Below, piece after piece: positions 38,205-47,937 of a DNA stretch of 64,000 nt (its first letter is position 1; every line of letters starts with the position of its first letter). The DNA is taken from NCBI GenBank assembly GCA_963804995.1, contig CAWDSK010000003.1:416001-480000 (forward strand), read 5' to 3'. The position numbers and the translations under genes are program-made. This DNA is from an uncultured Acidobacteriota bacterium. GTDB lineage: Bacteria; Acidobacteriota; Terriglobia; UBA7540. The notes under the pieces are model-generated. The model saw only the letters and a program-made list of their open reading frames with translations, ran no database searches and had not been told where the DNA came from.

Positions 38205-39443
38205 ATGACGGTCTGGCAACAATGCCTGGCGGTGGCTCTGACGGTTTGGCCAACCATCATTTCTGCGGGAGGGGGGAAGCACTCCGCCGCCGTGATTTCC
38301 AATCAGGGAGCCACACTCGGGGCTGGCGCGCCAGAGGCGCTGGCGGCGCCACCCAAGAGGGCTTCCGGTGACGAGCTTCCAGGAAAACAGGAAGTCTTTT
38401 CCATTTTGAAGAACGTGAACTCCTACCAGGTAGCGCATCCGGTGGTGGACGCATGGGAAGCAGCGAATCCGACGGTAGGTCCGGCGAGACGGCCCTGGCC
38501 GCGCGCCACGTGGTACACCGGTGTGATGGCCGTGTGGAAGGCAACCAAGGACCCCGCGTTCCTGGAACAGGCCATCGAGTATGGCCGCCTGCTCCATTGG
38601 GGAGTAGGCGAGGAGCAACTGGGGGCCAATCGGCTTTTCCCCGTCGAAATCTGGACCGAAATTTACTTCGTCAAAAAGGACCGCACCATGATCGAACCCG
38701 GGATCAGATGGCTCGCCACGCCTGATCCCCTCACGCCCACCAGCCAGAAGCGCTGGTATCTGGATGCGAGAGATTCTTTCGCAGAGCATCCTGTCCCCTA
38801 CATCGATTCCACCTATGGGGCGGCCGGCCTCGCCATGCTCACCAAGGCCACGGGGGATAAGAAGTATCTCGATATCATGAGGGCTTTTCTCGACAACGTC
38901 ACCGGAGAGCTTTTGGATCAAGAGACCGGACTGTTCTACAGGGACACTCGCTTCATTGGGCAGCGGGATGCGAATGGAAAGAAGGTCCTGTGGTCGCGCG
39001 GCAATGGTTGGGTTTTCGCGGGGATCGCGCGCGTGCTGGACTACCTTCCGAAAAACGACCCCAGCCGTGCGCACTATCTCGCCCTCTTCCGGCGGCAGGC
39101 GGCAGCGTTGGTCAAGCGGCAAGGCGCGGATGGCTTGTGGCGCGCGAACTTGGATGACCCTGACCAGTTTCCCAGTCCTGAGACGAGCGGAACGGGATTC
39201 TTCTGTTTCGGCTTGGCCTGGGGCATCAATCACGGCGTCTTGAATCGCACCGAGTACCTTCCGGCCGTCGAGAAAGCCTGGAAGGGCTTGAACCAAAGTC
39301 TTAGCCCGGAGGGTAAAGTCTTGTGGGGTCAGATCGTGGATGATCAGCCGCACAACGTGGCGCAGGACAATACTCACGAGTACGTTACCGGAACGTTTCT
39401 ATTGGCCGGAAGCGAAGTCTACAAACTAACTCGAAAACCATAG
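38205..39443 (+). CDS. Glycoside hydrolase GH88/GH105 family (unsaturated uronyl hydrolase)
   Basis: WSRGNGWV, Q..DGLW..NL, ETSGT..F; signal peptide. Confidence 0.85.
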   Translation: MTVWQQCLAVALTVWPTIISAGGGKHSAAVISNQGATLGAGAPEALAAPPKRASGDELPGKQEVFSILKNVNSYQVAHPVVDAWEAANPTVGPARRPWPRATWYTGVMAVWKATKDPAFLEQAIEYGRLLHWGVGEEQLGANRLFPVEIWTEIYFVKKDRTMIEPGIRWLATPDPLTPTSQKRWYLDARDSFAEHPVPYIDSTYGAAGLAMLTKATGDKKYLDIMRAFLDNVTGELLDQETGLFYRDTRFIGQRDANGKKVLWSRGNGWVFAGIARVLDYLPKNDPSRAHYLALFRRQAAALVKRQGADGLWRANLDDPDQFPSPETSGTGFFCFGLAWGINHGVLNRTEYLPAVEKAWKGLNQSLSPEGKVLWGQIVDDQPHNVAQDNTHEYVTGTFLLAGSEVYKLTRKP

Positions 39444-39494
39444 CACGTCGGGAATCTCCGAGTAGCCGGTGCTCGCATAAGTGCGTACCGCAGT

Positions 39495-39606
39495 GCGGCG
39501 GAGCACTCACCAAAAGTCATAGGAAAAAAACGCGTCAAGATGCGAAATTAAGTGGGACCTCGCTCGCTACGCCCCTCGGAGAGCAACAACTGGGACATGT
39601 CCCACT
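39495..39606. repeat. Conserved non-coding element of about 110 bp, second copy at 63237-63348
   Basis: Shared AAAAGYCATAGGAA..GTGGGACCTCGCTCGCTAYGCCCCKCGGAGAGCAACA..TGGGACA(T)GTCCCACT. Confidence 0.75.
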
Positions 39607-39726
39607 ACGACAACATGTCGCACCGCCACTTCAGCCCCCCAGCAACAGACCCTTGACCACAACTGTTAGCGAACTGCGAGCCCCAAGCCAGCCGCTTTGG
39701 CGCAGATCAGGATACGACGCTGTGTC

Positions 39727-39815
39727 GGTGATGCCGCAGTTTCAGGACGTAGCGGCGAGTTCACCTCGCCATATGGCGGCGTAAAGCCGCCTCTACGTCA
39801 AACTGAGACACTACC
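39727..39815. mobile_element. MITE with IS1-like ends and GTAG-REP core
   Basis: GGTGATGCCGCAGTTT..AAACTGAGACACTACC; related to 44918-45027. Confidence 0.65.
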
Positions 39816-39896
39816 AGGGCATATCCATACTTCCCAACCACTGAGACTTCATGGTAAACTTTGATTCAATCAGACTTTACGTATTGAGGTGGATGA

Positions 39897-40172
39897 TTGA
39901 AGACGATTACGGCAACCCACTTGGCACGCAATCTGCGCCGCATATTAGATCGTTTGGTCATCGAGGGCGAGGGCATCGTCATCGAAAGGAATCGCCAAGA
40001 GGTGGCTCGTCTCCTCCCCGGTCCGGCGCAACAAACCGCGCTGGAAGCCATGGCCGACCTCTACCAAACCCTCCCGCACGACGCTGCCGCCACCTGGGAG
40101 GCGGATAGCCGCAAGGGGCGGTGGAAGGGCAGCCGGCTCGATAAGGGCCTTCGTGATCCATGGGTTTCTTGA
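39897..40172 (+). CDS. Phd/YefM-type antitoxin
   Basis: KTITATHLARNLRRILDRL..IVIERNRQEVARL; overlaps the PIN toxin gene. Confidence 0.85.
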   Translation: MKTITATHLARNLRRILDRLVIEGEGIVIERNRQEVARLLPGPAQQTALEAMADLYQTLPHDAAATWEADSRKGRWKGSRLDKGLRDPWVS

Positions 40173-40585
40173 TGGACACTTGCGTGTGGATTGATGTGGA
40201 GCGGGGCGCGCTCGCCCCCGCCGACGTGGAGGCACTGACTCACAGCGAACCCATTGTTATGTCTCCCGTGACTCTCGCCGAACTGCGCTTCGGCGCGGAA
40301 ATCGTCCTCGACCCAGGAATCCGCCAGCAGCGCTTGGCCGCCCTCCGGCGGCTCGAACGCAAGCCCCTTCTGTATATCGATGGCACCACAGGAATTATTT
40401 TCGGCTCCCTGGCAGCGCAGATTAAGGCCGCCGGACGCCAGCATCGTTACCGCGTTCAAGACCTCTGGCTCGCCAGCCAGGCCTTGCAACATGCCTGCCG
40501 CCTATTAACCCGAAATAAGCACGATTTCGAAGATATCCCCGGCCTCAACCTCGTGGTTTACCAATTGGCGCGACACAAACCTTGA
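40160..40585 (+). CDS. vapC: VapC/PIN-domain toxin
   Basis: MDTCVWI, LAELRFG, DLWLASQA, TRNKHDF. Confidence 0.88.
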   Translation: MGFLMDTCVWIDVERGALAPADVEALTHSEPIVMSPVTLAELRFGAEIVLDPGIRQQRLAALRRLERKPLLYIDGTTGIIFGSLAAQIKAAGRQHRYRVQDLWLASQALQHACRLLTRNKHDFEDIPGLNLVVYQLARHKP

Positions 40586-40792
40586 GCAACCGTAGCGCAG
40601 GCCTCCGCGGTTGAGTTCGAGCGAAAGCCGCAGAGTTTGAACTACACAAACTCTGCGCTACGCGCTTTTCATGTGCACCTCCAACTCTCACACTTAATTT
40701 AGCTGCGCTCAGCGTAACCTGCGACCTCCGCAAGTGGAGGCCGCTTCACCACCTCTCAAAGAAGGAAGGTGCCGTCCGGCTGCCGAAGGCGC

Positions 40793-41092
40793 TCAGAGCT
40801 TCTTCGGCCACTTGCGGGCGCCATGGAAGACGCGGAGGATTTCGACAGCGTGGCCGCGCACGCGGTAAGGGACCAGGTAGGGAGTATCGGTTACCACCAA
40901 CTCGCGGGTGCCCTCGACGCGCCCGGGGCGGCCCAGCGCGGGATGCTCGGCGAGCAGTTCCACCGTACTGGCAATGGCTTTCACCACGCGGGCAGCGGCG
41001 GCGGGATGATCGCGGGCGATGAAGGCGGCCTCGGCGTTGAGGTTGGCCAGCGCCCGTTTCAGCCAGCGGATCTCCAGCCGGCTATCGGGCAC
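40793..41092 (-). CDS. RelE/ParE family toxin
   Basis: IRWLKRALANL, GRPGRVEGTRELV, ILRVFHGAR. Confidence 0.88.
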   Translation of the reverse strand: MPDSRLEIRWLKRALANLNAEAAFIARDHPAAAARVVKAIASTVELLAEHPALGRPGRVEGTRELVVTDTPYLVPYRVRGHAVEILRVFHGARKWPKKL

Positions 41093-41339
41093 GTGCGCTC
41101 CGCTCGGTCCACTTCTTCACCACGCGGCGAACCTCGGACGGAGAGGCAAACTCTCCCCGGTCAGCTTCCGCCAGCGCCTTGCGGGTTTCCTCGATCTGCC
41201 ACTCATTGATCTTCACGTATTCGCGGATCGCTTCCGTCGCCACAAACGAGCGGCTGCGGCGCTGCGCCTTCGCCAAACGGTCCAGGCGTTCCCGCAGCTC
41301 GGGTTCCATGCGTACGGTCACTACCGGGGTGGTCGCCAT
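41082..41339 (-). CDS. CopG/ribbon-helix-helix antitoxin
   Basis: VTVRMEPELRERLDRLA..RSRSFVATEAIREY..EADRGEFAS. Confidence 0.88.
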   Translation of the reverse strand: MATTPVVTVRMEPELRERLDRLAKAQRRSRSFVATEAIREYVKINEWQIEETRKALAEADRGEFASPSEVRRVVKKWTERSARAR

Positions 41340-41511
41340 GATGCACTCCTAACACAACTGAATACAGGTGATTCTACCATGTCCAAAGGGCGCGGGAAAA
41401 GAATTTGCGCACCTGCCCGCTCGTACGCTGCCAGCGCCCCTAACCAGGGACTCCCGTTGGATTCCCCGGCATTGTTAATAAGGAAAAGTGGGGACAAGGA
41501 ATTGGTGACTG

Positions 41512-41640
41512 GAACGTGTGAAAAAATCGTCCAGAACCTTCTTACCGCAGAGACGCCGAGGCGCAGAGGATAGAAAATAAAGGTCTTTTTCTCTGCGCCT
41601 CTGCGCCTCTGCGATAAAATTGCTATTTCTTCACAGCTTC
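41512..41640. mobile_element. 129-bp MITE with 3-bp TSD CTG
   Basis: GAACGTGTGAA..TTCACAGCTTC; same family as 29383-29510. Confidence 0.75.
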
Positions 41641-41674
41641 CTGACACCGTTTCCTGCGCGAACGTTGGGTGGCA

Positions 41675-42271
41675 TTACCGATCATTTAATCCCTTGCCAT
41701 GGAGAATTTTCGGCATACATTTTTCAACCCTTGACTCCCGAGTTTTGGATTGTTTGGGTGCAGAGAAATAAAGAATGTATCCTCTTTGCCGTCCTGGCGT
41801 CAGTGCCTCAAAAGCAGTTTTCAAGCCAGGGATTGCATTTAATTTATTTTTGACTTCTTTTGGAATGATGAATTCTGTAGTCTTTTTAAGCTTCACTTTC
41901 AAACCGGCTTTTTCCACTTCAATGGCCTCATCAATATAGGCTTTCAAGATGGTTTCCATCTCAGCTATTTCCCGAACCTGGGTGAAGCGAATCAGGCGCC
42001 CCGCCTGCGTATTCTCCCCAGGTTTGACTAGAAGACCATGGGCATCCTTTAACAAGGCGCCTTTGAAAAACAAAAGCGCACAATAATTTTTAAATCCACC
42101 TATTAAAACGATGTTCTTCCCCTGAAACGTATAACAAGGCTGACGCCACTTCAATTCTTCGGTCAGCGGACAGTCAAGAACGATCATTCTCAATTTCTTA
42201 AATTCTTCCCGCCACTTTTTGACTTTGCTGAAATATACGTCAAGCTTAGGGTTCATTTTGCTCGTTGTCAT
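41675..42271 (-). CDS. YdeI/OmpD-associated family protein (DUF1801)
   Basis: EELKWRQPCY, FFKGALLKD, LTPGRQRGY..AKQSKTR-like motif; AT-rich. Confidence 0.9.
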   Translation of the reverse strand: MTTSKMNPKLDVYFSKVKKWREEFKKLRMIVLDCPLTEELKWRQPCYTFQGKNIVLIGGFKNYCALLFFKGALLKDAHGLLVKPGENTQAGRLIRFTQVREIAEMETILKAYIDEAIEVEKAGLKVKLKKTTEFIIPKEVKNKLNAIPGLKTAFEALTPGRQRGYILYFSAPKQSKTRESRVEKCMPKILHGKGLNDR

Positions 42272-42420
42272 AACATGTTAATTTAACTTGTTTACGATGT
42301 CTTGTAAAAGGTGAACGCGGTGTTTCAAGACGATTCGGGAAACTGGTTTTCGCTGAGTGAGGCGAAGAAAGATTAGTGATCATGGGTCAGTACCACGTGC
42401 GCACCCATGTGGTTATATCA

Positions 42421-44828
42421 TTAATGAGCGGCATCACCTGCCCGGGCGGCGATCCAATCGAAAGCGTGCTCCTGGGTGGCATGGGGAAAGCGGTTGATGT
42501 CCTCCGGCGTCTCAAATTGCAGTGCGTCGGTATGGCCGAGCAGCTCATAAACCTTTCTGGAAGTATCAACCTCACGCCGTACATCCGGGATTCGCGCGTA
42601 ACGGTTGAGCGTGGGCGCCACAAGAAGCACGGGCGTAGGAGCGACCAACGCCAGGACCTCGTCAAAATCAAATGGCACGCGATCCTCATGGCCAACGAAG
42701 AAACCGAGGCGGGGCAACAACCCGTGGAGGTGCGAATAGTGCCGGATGCCCTCCACTCCCTTTTCTTGAGTGTCCAAACGCAGCGGATCGAAGCCACAGA
42801 CTGAAACCAGGCCCTTGACGCGATCGTCGAAAGCCGCGGTCAGCAAGCCGACTTTGCCGCCCAGCGCGTAGCCGACCAAGTAGATTTGGGAGGAGTCGAT
42901 CTCTTCCAAAGCGGAGAGGGCATCAATAGCGGCCCGTGTGTCGCCTATCATGTTCCCCATGATCGACCACTTGGGGTAACGCGCGTAGAAATCCTTGGCC
43001 TCGTGGACCCGGGTTCCGAACCCGAGTTGGTCAAAGGCGAACACGGCGAAACCCCTTTTCGCGAGCGATGGAAACGACGGCCTCGCGTCCTGGGTATAAT
43101 CCCAACCCCCAGAATGCCACGGGCTTTCCGCCGACCACCCGTCCTGGTAGCTGTAGGGGTGCAGCCAGATCACCACTGGCCACTTGCCGGGTTTGGGTTT
43201 GCCATCGGGTCCCAGCGGGTAAAACAAATCGCCCTTCAAGCCATCGCCAAACGGCAGCCCCGCCACACCCATGCCTTCGCTCTTCAAGCGCGCCCGCCCC
43301 TCCCTGCCGTCCACAGGCCTGTTGAACAACGTTGCCAGCCAACCGTCGGTCGACCAGTTAGTCTCCGAAAGCTTGTGATGCACTGCAAAAGGAACTCGGG
43401 GCGGCGCCTCGCCCAGGACTTGCGAAATCTTCTGACGGATGGCTTGCTTCTTTTCTTCCCACTGCGGCGCTCGGTTGATGGGATGTCCATCGGCCTGGTT
43501 CAGGAAATCGCCGACCGATCTTTTCGGGTAGGTGAGTGGATCGATCTTTTCCTGGGTGATTTTCTGCCACCCTTCAAACGTATAGCCCAGAATCCAGGTC
43601 TCCGACTTCGGGTGGGGCTTGCGGCCAAAAACCGCATCAAAGAAGTCCATGAAGTTCTCGAGGTCTTCGGTAGTTGTTTCATGCTCGCCATCGCGGAGGT
43701 TGAGCCAGACGTTCTCCTCATGCCCCAGGAAGCGGTATACGCTCCGCACGGAGCGGTAGGCCTGCTCAAATCCCAGAGGGTTGCCCGCCGATTCCGCGTA
43801 TCCGGAGTACATCATGAGGCCCCGCGGGGCGATGGCGGCCATCAGCATGTTCTGGTCCACGGGCAGCTTATCTTCCCGGCCGGCGAAGAAGCGCAGCCGC
43901 GGGTGAAACCAGTGAGGCTGGCCCCCCGTCAGCAACTCGATGCTTTCGTTGACATACATGTCGGTGGTGTAACGCCAGGGGTCGCACTCTCCCGTATTGC
44001 CACTGGAGAGGATGACCGCTCCAATGCGCTCGTCAAATGCCGCCGCCACCAACGACTGTTTCCCGTTGCGCGAGTGCCCCGTCAGGCCAATCTTCTTCTT
44101 GTCGACCTCGGGAAGTGTGTAGAGATAATCCACTGCCCGCGAAGCCGACCACCCCCAGCGCGCCAGGCAGGAGAAATCGTATTCCGGGTAGATATCAATG
44201 AACGCATCGGAATCGTCGACGTCTCCGTACCGCGGGTCAGTAGCATTGTAGTAACAGCCAATATAGCCCCGCCGTACAGCCGTGTAGAGCCAGGGCCGGT
44301 TGAGTCCGTGATTGGTCAGAAAAACAGGGAAGGGACCTTTGCCATCCGGAATGATCAACTGCAGGCGTAAGGTGGCGCGATGATCGGGGCCAAACTCCAG
44401 GCGCACGTCGCGCACGGTCGTCGTTCCCTCACGTCGCGTACCGGTAACCACGGCGCGCAGATTGTTCGGTGGCGGAGGCATGGTGCCGAAGACCCAGTGC
44501 TCAGTTTGCGAGCGGATCCACTGCTTCTGGCGATTCCACAAGGCCAGATTGGTGACGGGGATACTGCGGCCGTTCTCCCGCAGCACGAGGGGATCAGGGA
44601 GTCGGGAATCGAAGGCAGGGCGTCAAAGTCCGGCGGGAGTTCGCCAGTGCGCTTGACCCATTCCTCCCACGTATTCTCATGAGCGCTGAGCCTTCCCGTC
44701 GCGGGCGCTTGACTGGGTGGGAGAACTCGCAGTATGAGATCCAAATCCTGCCGCCGCTGGTTGGCACCTTCCTGGGCAAGGATGCAAAACGGAATCAAAA
44801 AGGCGATGAGGAATGTTAGTCTTCGCAT
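42421..44828 (-). CDS. Secreted two-domain alpha/beta-hydrolase (CE15-like plus second hydrolase domain); apparent frameshift near 44602
   Basis: Signal peptide MRRLTFL (ORF 44355-44888) joins ORF 42421-44586 at LPDPL; GHSRNGK..AAAFDERI. Confidence 0.8.
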
Positions 44829-44917
44829 GGTCGGTTTCGCTCCGCTGGAAAATGGACAATGCATTATATGCCTTTTCGCGGAGCGCACCGAGATTCAGGG
44901 CGCGGACGTGAATAGAG

Positions 44918-45027
44918 GGTAGTGTCTCAGTTTGATGTAGAGGCGGCGGCATTCATCCCGATTTGATCGGGACGCCGCCATATGGCGAGGTAAACTCGCC
45001 GCTACATCATCAAACTGAGACACTACC
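44918..45027. mobile_element. MITE with IS1-like ends and GTAG-REP core
   Basis: GGTAGTGTCTCAGTTTGATG/CATCAAACTGAGACACTACC; GAATAG in both flanks. Confidence 0.75.
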
Positions 45028-45117
45028 GAATAGGTGAGACTCGAAGGTCACACTCCGACGCCGCAGTTTCAATTCGCCTTTATCAAGAGTAAACTTCACC
45101 GCGCCGGGAGAGTATCC

Positions 45118-45300
45118 CTAGTGTCATGTAACAGAAGTTCGCTGATTATTAGAGAACCCCCTCACCCGTCCCGCCCCGGCTGATGAAAACGCCGGCGGCG
45201 GTCCACCCTCTCCCCTCGGAGAGGGCTAGGCACCGTAATTCCCAGCCTTCTCCCAGGGGAGAAGGTGGCCGACGTAGGAGGTCGGATGAGGGGTTACTTC
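45118..45300. repeat. CTAG-type element end plus CCCTCACCC REP core (right end degenerate)
   Basis: CTAGTGTCATGTAACAGAAGTTCGCTGA resembles the left end at 46419. Confidence 0.6.
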
Positions 45301-45403
45301 CAGGCGCGCACGCCAAATCGACAGAGGCTTTATCAGTGAGGTCATCGCGACAGGTTTAAAGAAATAGAACGAGCATCACTTAGTGATTCAGGAGGCAAAG
45401 GTT

Positions 45404-46288
45404 ATGTTGTTCACCAGGAGGTCGGTCAACTTGATTTTGTTACTCGCGGGTTTGGTCTATTCCTGCTCCGCATTTGGGCAGGGTTCGAAGCCGGTGAAGG
45501 TGTTTATGGTTACCGACATGGAAGGTGTGAGCGGAATCTTCGACAGCGATTTGCAGTGCCTTCCGGGCCAAAGCAAGCGCTTCGAGGAATCACGGAAGCT
45601 GGAGACGGGTGAGGTCAATGCCGCCGTGGATGGGCTTTTGGCCGGGGGCGCGACCGAGGTGATCGTGTGGGACGGCCACGACTCCGGCGAAACACTCTCC
45701 GTACTCGATATTCATCCCCGGTGCCGTCTGCTGCAGGGCCGGCCGATCCCGCCGACGATGGGCCTCGACTCCTCGTACAGCGCCGTGGTGCTCATCGGCC
45801 AGCACGCTATGGCCGGTAATGAGAAGGGGATTCTAAGCCACAGCTACAGCTCCCTGGGCATTCAAAACATCTGGGTGAACGGGAAACGGCAGGGTGAATT
45901 CGGCACCATTGCCATGCTGGCGGGCGAGTTCGGCATCCCCATCGCGATGCTCTCTGGCGACGCGGCCGCCTGCCAGGAGGTGCGTGACCTTACGCCGCAA
46001 GCGGAGTGCGCAGAAGTAAAACAGGGCATCAATCGGACCGCGGGCTACATGCTCCCACATGTCACTGCCTGCGCTTTGATTAGCGAAAAGGCCAAGCGCG
46101 CCATGGAACGGCTCCCAGAAATGAAACCGCTGAAACTCACAGGGCCCGTGGAAGTCAAGGTGGAGGTAACCACGCGCGGCACGGGACACTGGAGCCCGGG
46201 AAATGGAATCGAACAGGTGGACGGTCGCACCTGGGCCTTTCATGGTAAGACCTTCCTGGACGCCTGGCTGAAGTATCGGCCGGAATGA
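45404..46288 (+). CDS. M55 family D-aminopeptidase (DppA-like) with signal peptide
   Basis: DMEGVSG, DGHDSG, GQHAMAG, LSHSYS, GEFG, LSGD. Confidence 0.88.
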   Translation: MLFTRRSVNLILLLAGLVYSCSAFGQGSKPVKVFMVTDMEGVSGIFDSDLQCLPGQSKRFEESRKLETGEVNAAVDGLLAGGATEVIVWDGHDSGETLSVLDIHPRCRLLQGRPIPPTMGLDSSYSAVVLIGQHAMAGNEKGILSHSYSSLGIQNIWVNGKRQGEFGTIAMLAGEFGIPIAMLSGDAAACQEVRDLTPQAECAEVKQGINRTAGYMLPHVTACALISEKAKRAMERLPEMKPLKLTGPVEVKVEVTTRGTGHWSPGNGIEQVDGRTWAFHGKTFLDAWLKYRPE

Positions 46289-46418
46289 ACGCAGGGAGGG
46301 CTGGGCGCTGCCGTCAGATCCAGTCGCCGCGCGCGAGGGTCCAGAAATTGCCGTGATTGTCAATGAGTGCACCTAGTGGGCTTTCGGGTGCCTGTAATGC
46401 TCAGATGCGTGCCCACAC

Positions 46419-46645
46419 CTAGTGTCGTGAGTCAGAAGTTCGCTGACAAAGTCTCACTGGGTTTCAGGGCGACCCCCTCACCCGTCCCGCCCCGGCTGAT
46501 GAAAACGCCGGCGGCGGGCCACCCTCTCCCCCAAGGGGGCGAGGGCAGTAAACTCAAACCAACTCCCCCCTCGCCCCTTTGGGGGAGAGGGGCCGGGGGG
46601 AGGGGGTTCTCGAATCATCAGCGAACTTCTGACTCAGGACACTAG
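46419..46645. mobile_element. MITE with CTAG ends, 28-bp TIR and REP core
   Basis: CTAGTGTCGTGAGTCAGAAGTTCGCTGA vs CTAGTGTCCTGAGTCAGAAGTTCGCTGA (one mismatch). Confidence 0.8.
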
Positions 46646-46656
46646 GGAGTAAACTC

Positions 46657-47025
46657 ATGAGTCACACCAACCGCCGCAAATTCCTCGAAACCATGGCGAC
46701 TCCTTCGTTCCTTTCGCTCCAGACCGGCCGTTATATCGGTGCGGAAGCAGCAGGCAGCAACTGCGCCGACCGCCGGCAAGAGATGCTGGCCAAACTGGAA
46801 CTCGTCATGGGCCCCTTCCCCAAGCAAAAGAGGAAACCGCCCCTGGATATCAAAACTCTGGACAACCTCGATTTGCCCACGCATTCCCGCCTGAGCATCA
46901 CCTATGTGAGCGAGGAGGGTGACCGGGTGCCGGCATACATTTTAAAGCCCAAGAAATTGGAAGGCCGCGCGCCGGCGATGCTTTGCCTCCACCAAAAATG
47001 GCTTGAGCACAAACCGGCAACTTAA
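46657..47025 (+). pseudogene. Truncated Tat-exported alpha/beta-hydrolase
   Basis: NRRKFL signal, DRVPAYILKP..PAMLCLHQ, then a stop before any nucleophile motif. Confidence 0.65.
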
Positions 47026-47169
47026 CCTTGTCAAGTGCTGACCAGAAATCCGGAGAAACTCCATCGCGAAGAATAAGCGAAAGGACCCCAAAACACGACA
47101 AGGACAATATTACCGTTGCGTGAGAAGGCTTGTTGACAGGGCAATTTGAATTCGAGAAGATAGAGTCAT

Positions 47170-47748
47170 ATGAATGTAGTCATAGCGCCCCACGCTGCCC
47201 CCCAGGCTCAGGGAGAAGCGTGCCGGTTAGTGATCCGGAAAGACAAGGGCCTCTCCGAAATCATACAATTCGTAGTTGCTGGTTTGGAGATTGGTCAACA
47301 AGCGGTCATCCTGGGGGGGCCCACGTGCCTCAAGGATATCGCACACGGGCTTAGCGAGAGCGGCCTAAAGACTGACGCCATGCTGCATAGCGGCCGCCTG
47401 GTGTTCCTAACAGCGCCCAACTGCCTGACCGAACTGCTGCGGCCGAGCGAACCTTTCCAGCGCGGGCCGTTGCATCGCCATGCCACGGTCATGCGTTGGG
47501 TGACGGACTGGTCATGGGCCTACGGGAATGGCAGTGACCCGGGCACCCTCCGCGATTATCAGCGCCGAATTCACGAGTTCATTCGCCCCTTCGATGCCAT
47601 CTCCATGTGCACCGTCGACTGCGAAAAAGTGGATCGGAGTGACTTGCTCGCCATGCTGGTGGACCACCGACGGGTTGCGAAGACTGTGGAAGTAGCCCGG
47701 CGCGATGCAAAGATCGTAGAAGTGGCCCGCCGCGCAGCACACGCCTAG
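47170..47748 (+). CDS. Stand-alone MEDS-like sensory domain protein
   Basis: QFVVAGLEIGQQAVIL, SGRLVFL, RWVTDWSW, YQRRIHEF..SMC pattern. Confidence 0.6.
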   Translation: MNVVIAPHAAPQAQGEACRLVIRKDKGLSEIIQFVVAGLEIGQQAVILGGPTCLKDIAHGLSESGLKTDAMLHSGRLVFLTAPNCLTELLRPSEPFQRGPLHRHATVMRWVTDWSWAYGNGSDPGTLRDYQRRIHEFIRPFDAISMCTVDCEKVDRSDLLAMLVDHRRVAKTVEVARRDAKIVEVARRAAHA

Positions 47749-47937
47749 CCCTATCGATCGCCTCCTGCCGCGTTGACCAAGCATCATCCACCCAGGTGGA
47801 TAGGTGCCTATATTCGAACCCGTAATGAACCGGCGGGCCAATTCCCTGCCCCCGCCTCCAACCGTAAACTGCAAGCGTCGGTCAACTGCTCCGGAATTTG
47901 AGCTTCGTTATTCACAAATTAAATGATTTGAGCCTGG

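Noticed and set aside
42886..44370. Long plus-strand ORF (494 aa)
   Set aside because: Antisense shadow of the hydrolase gene.
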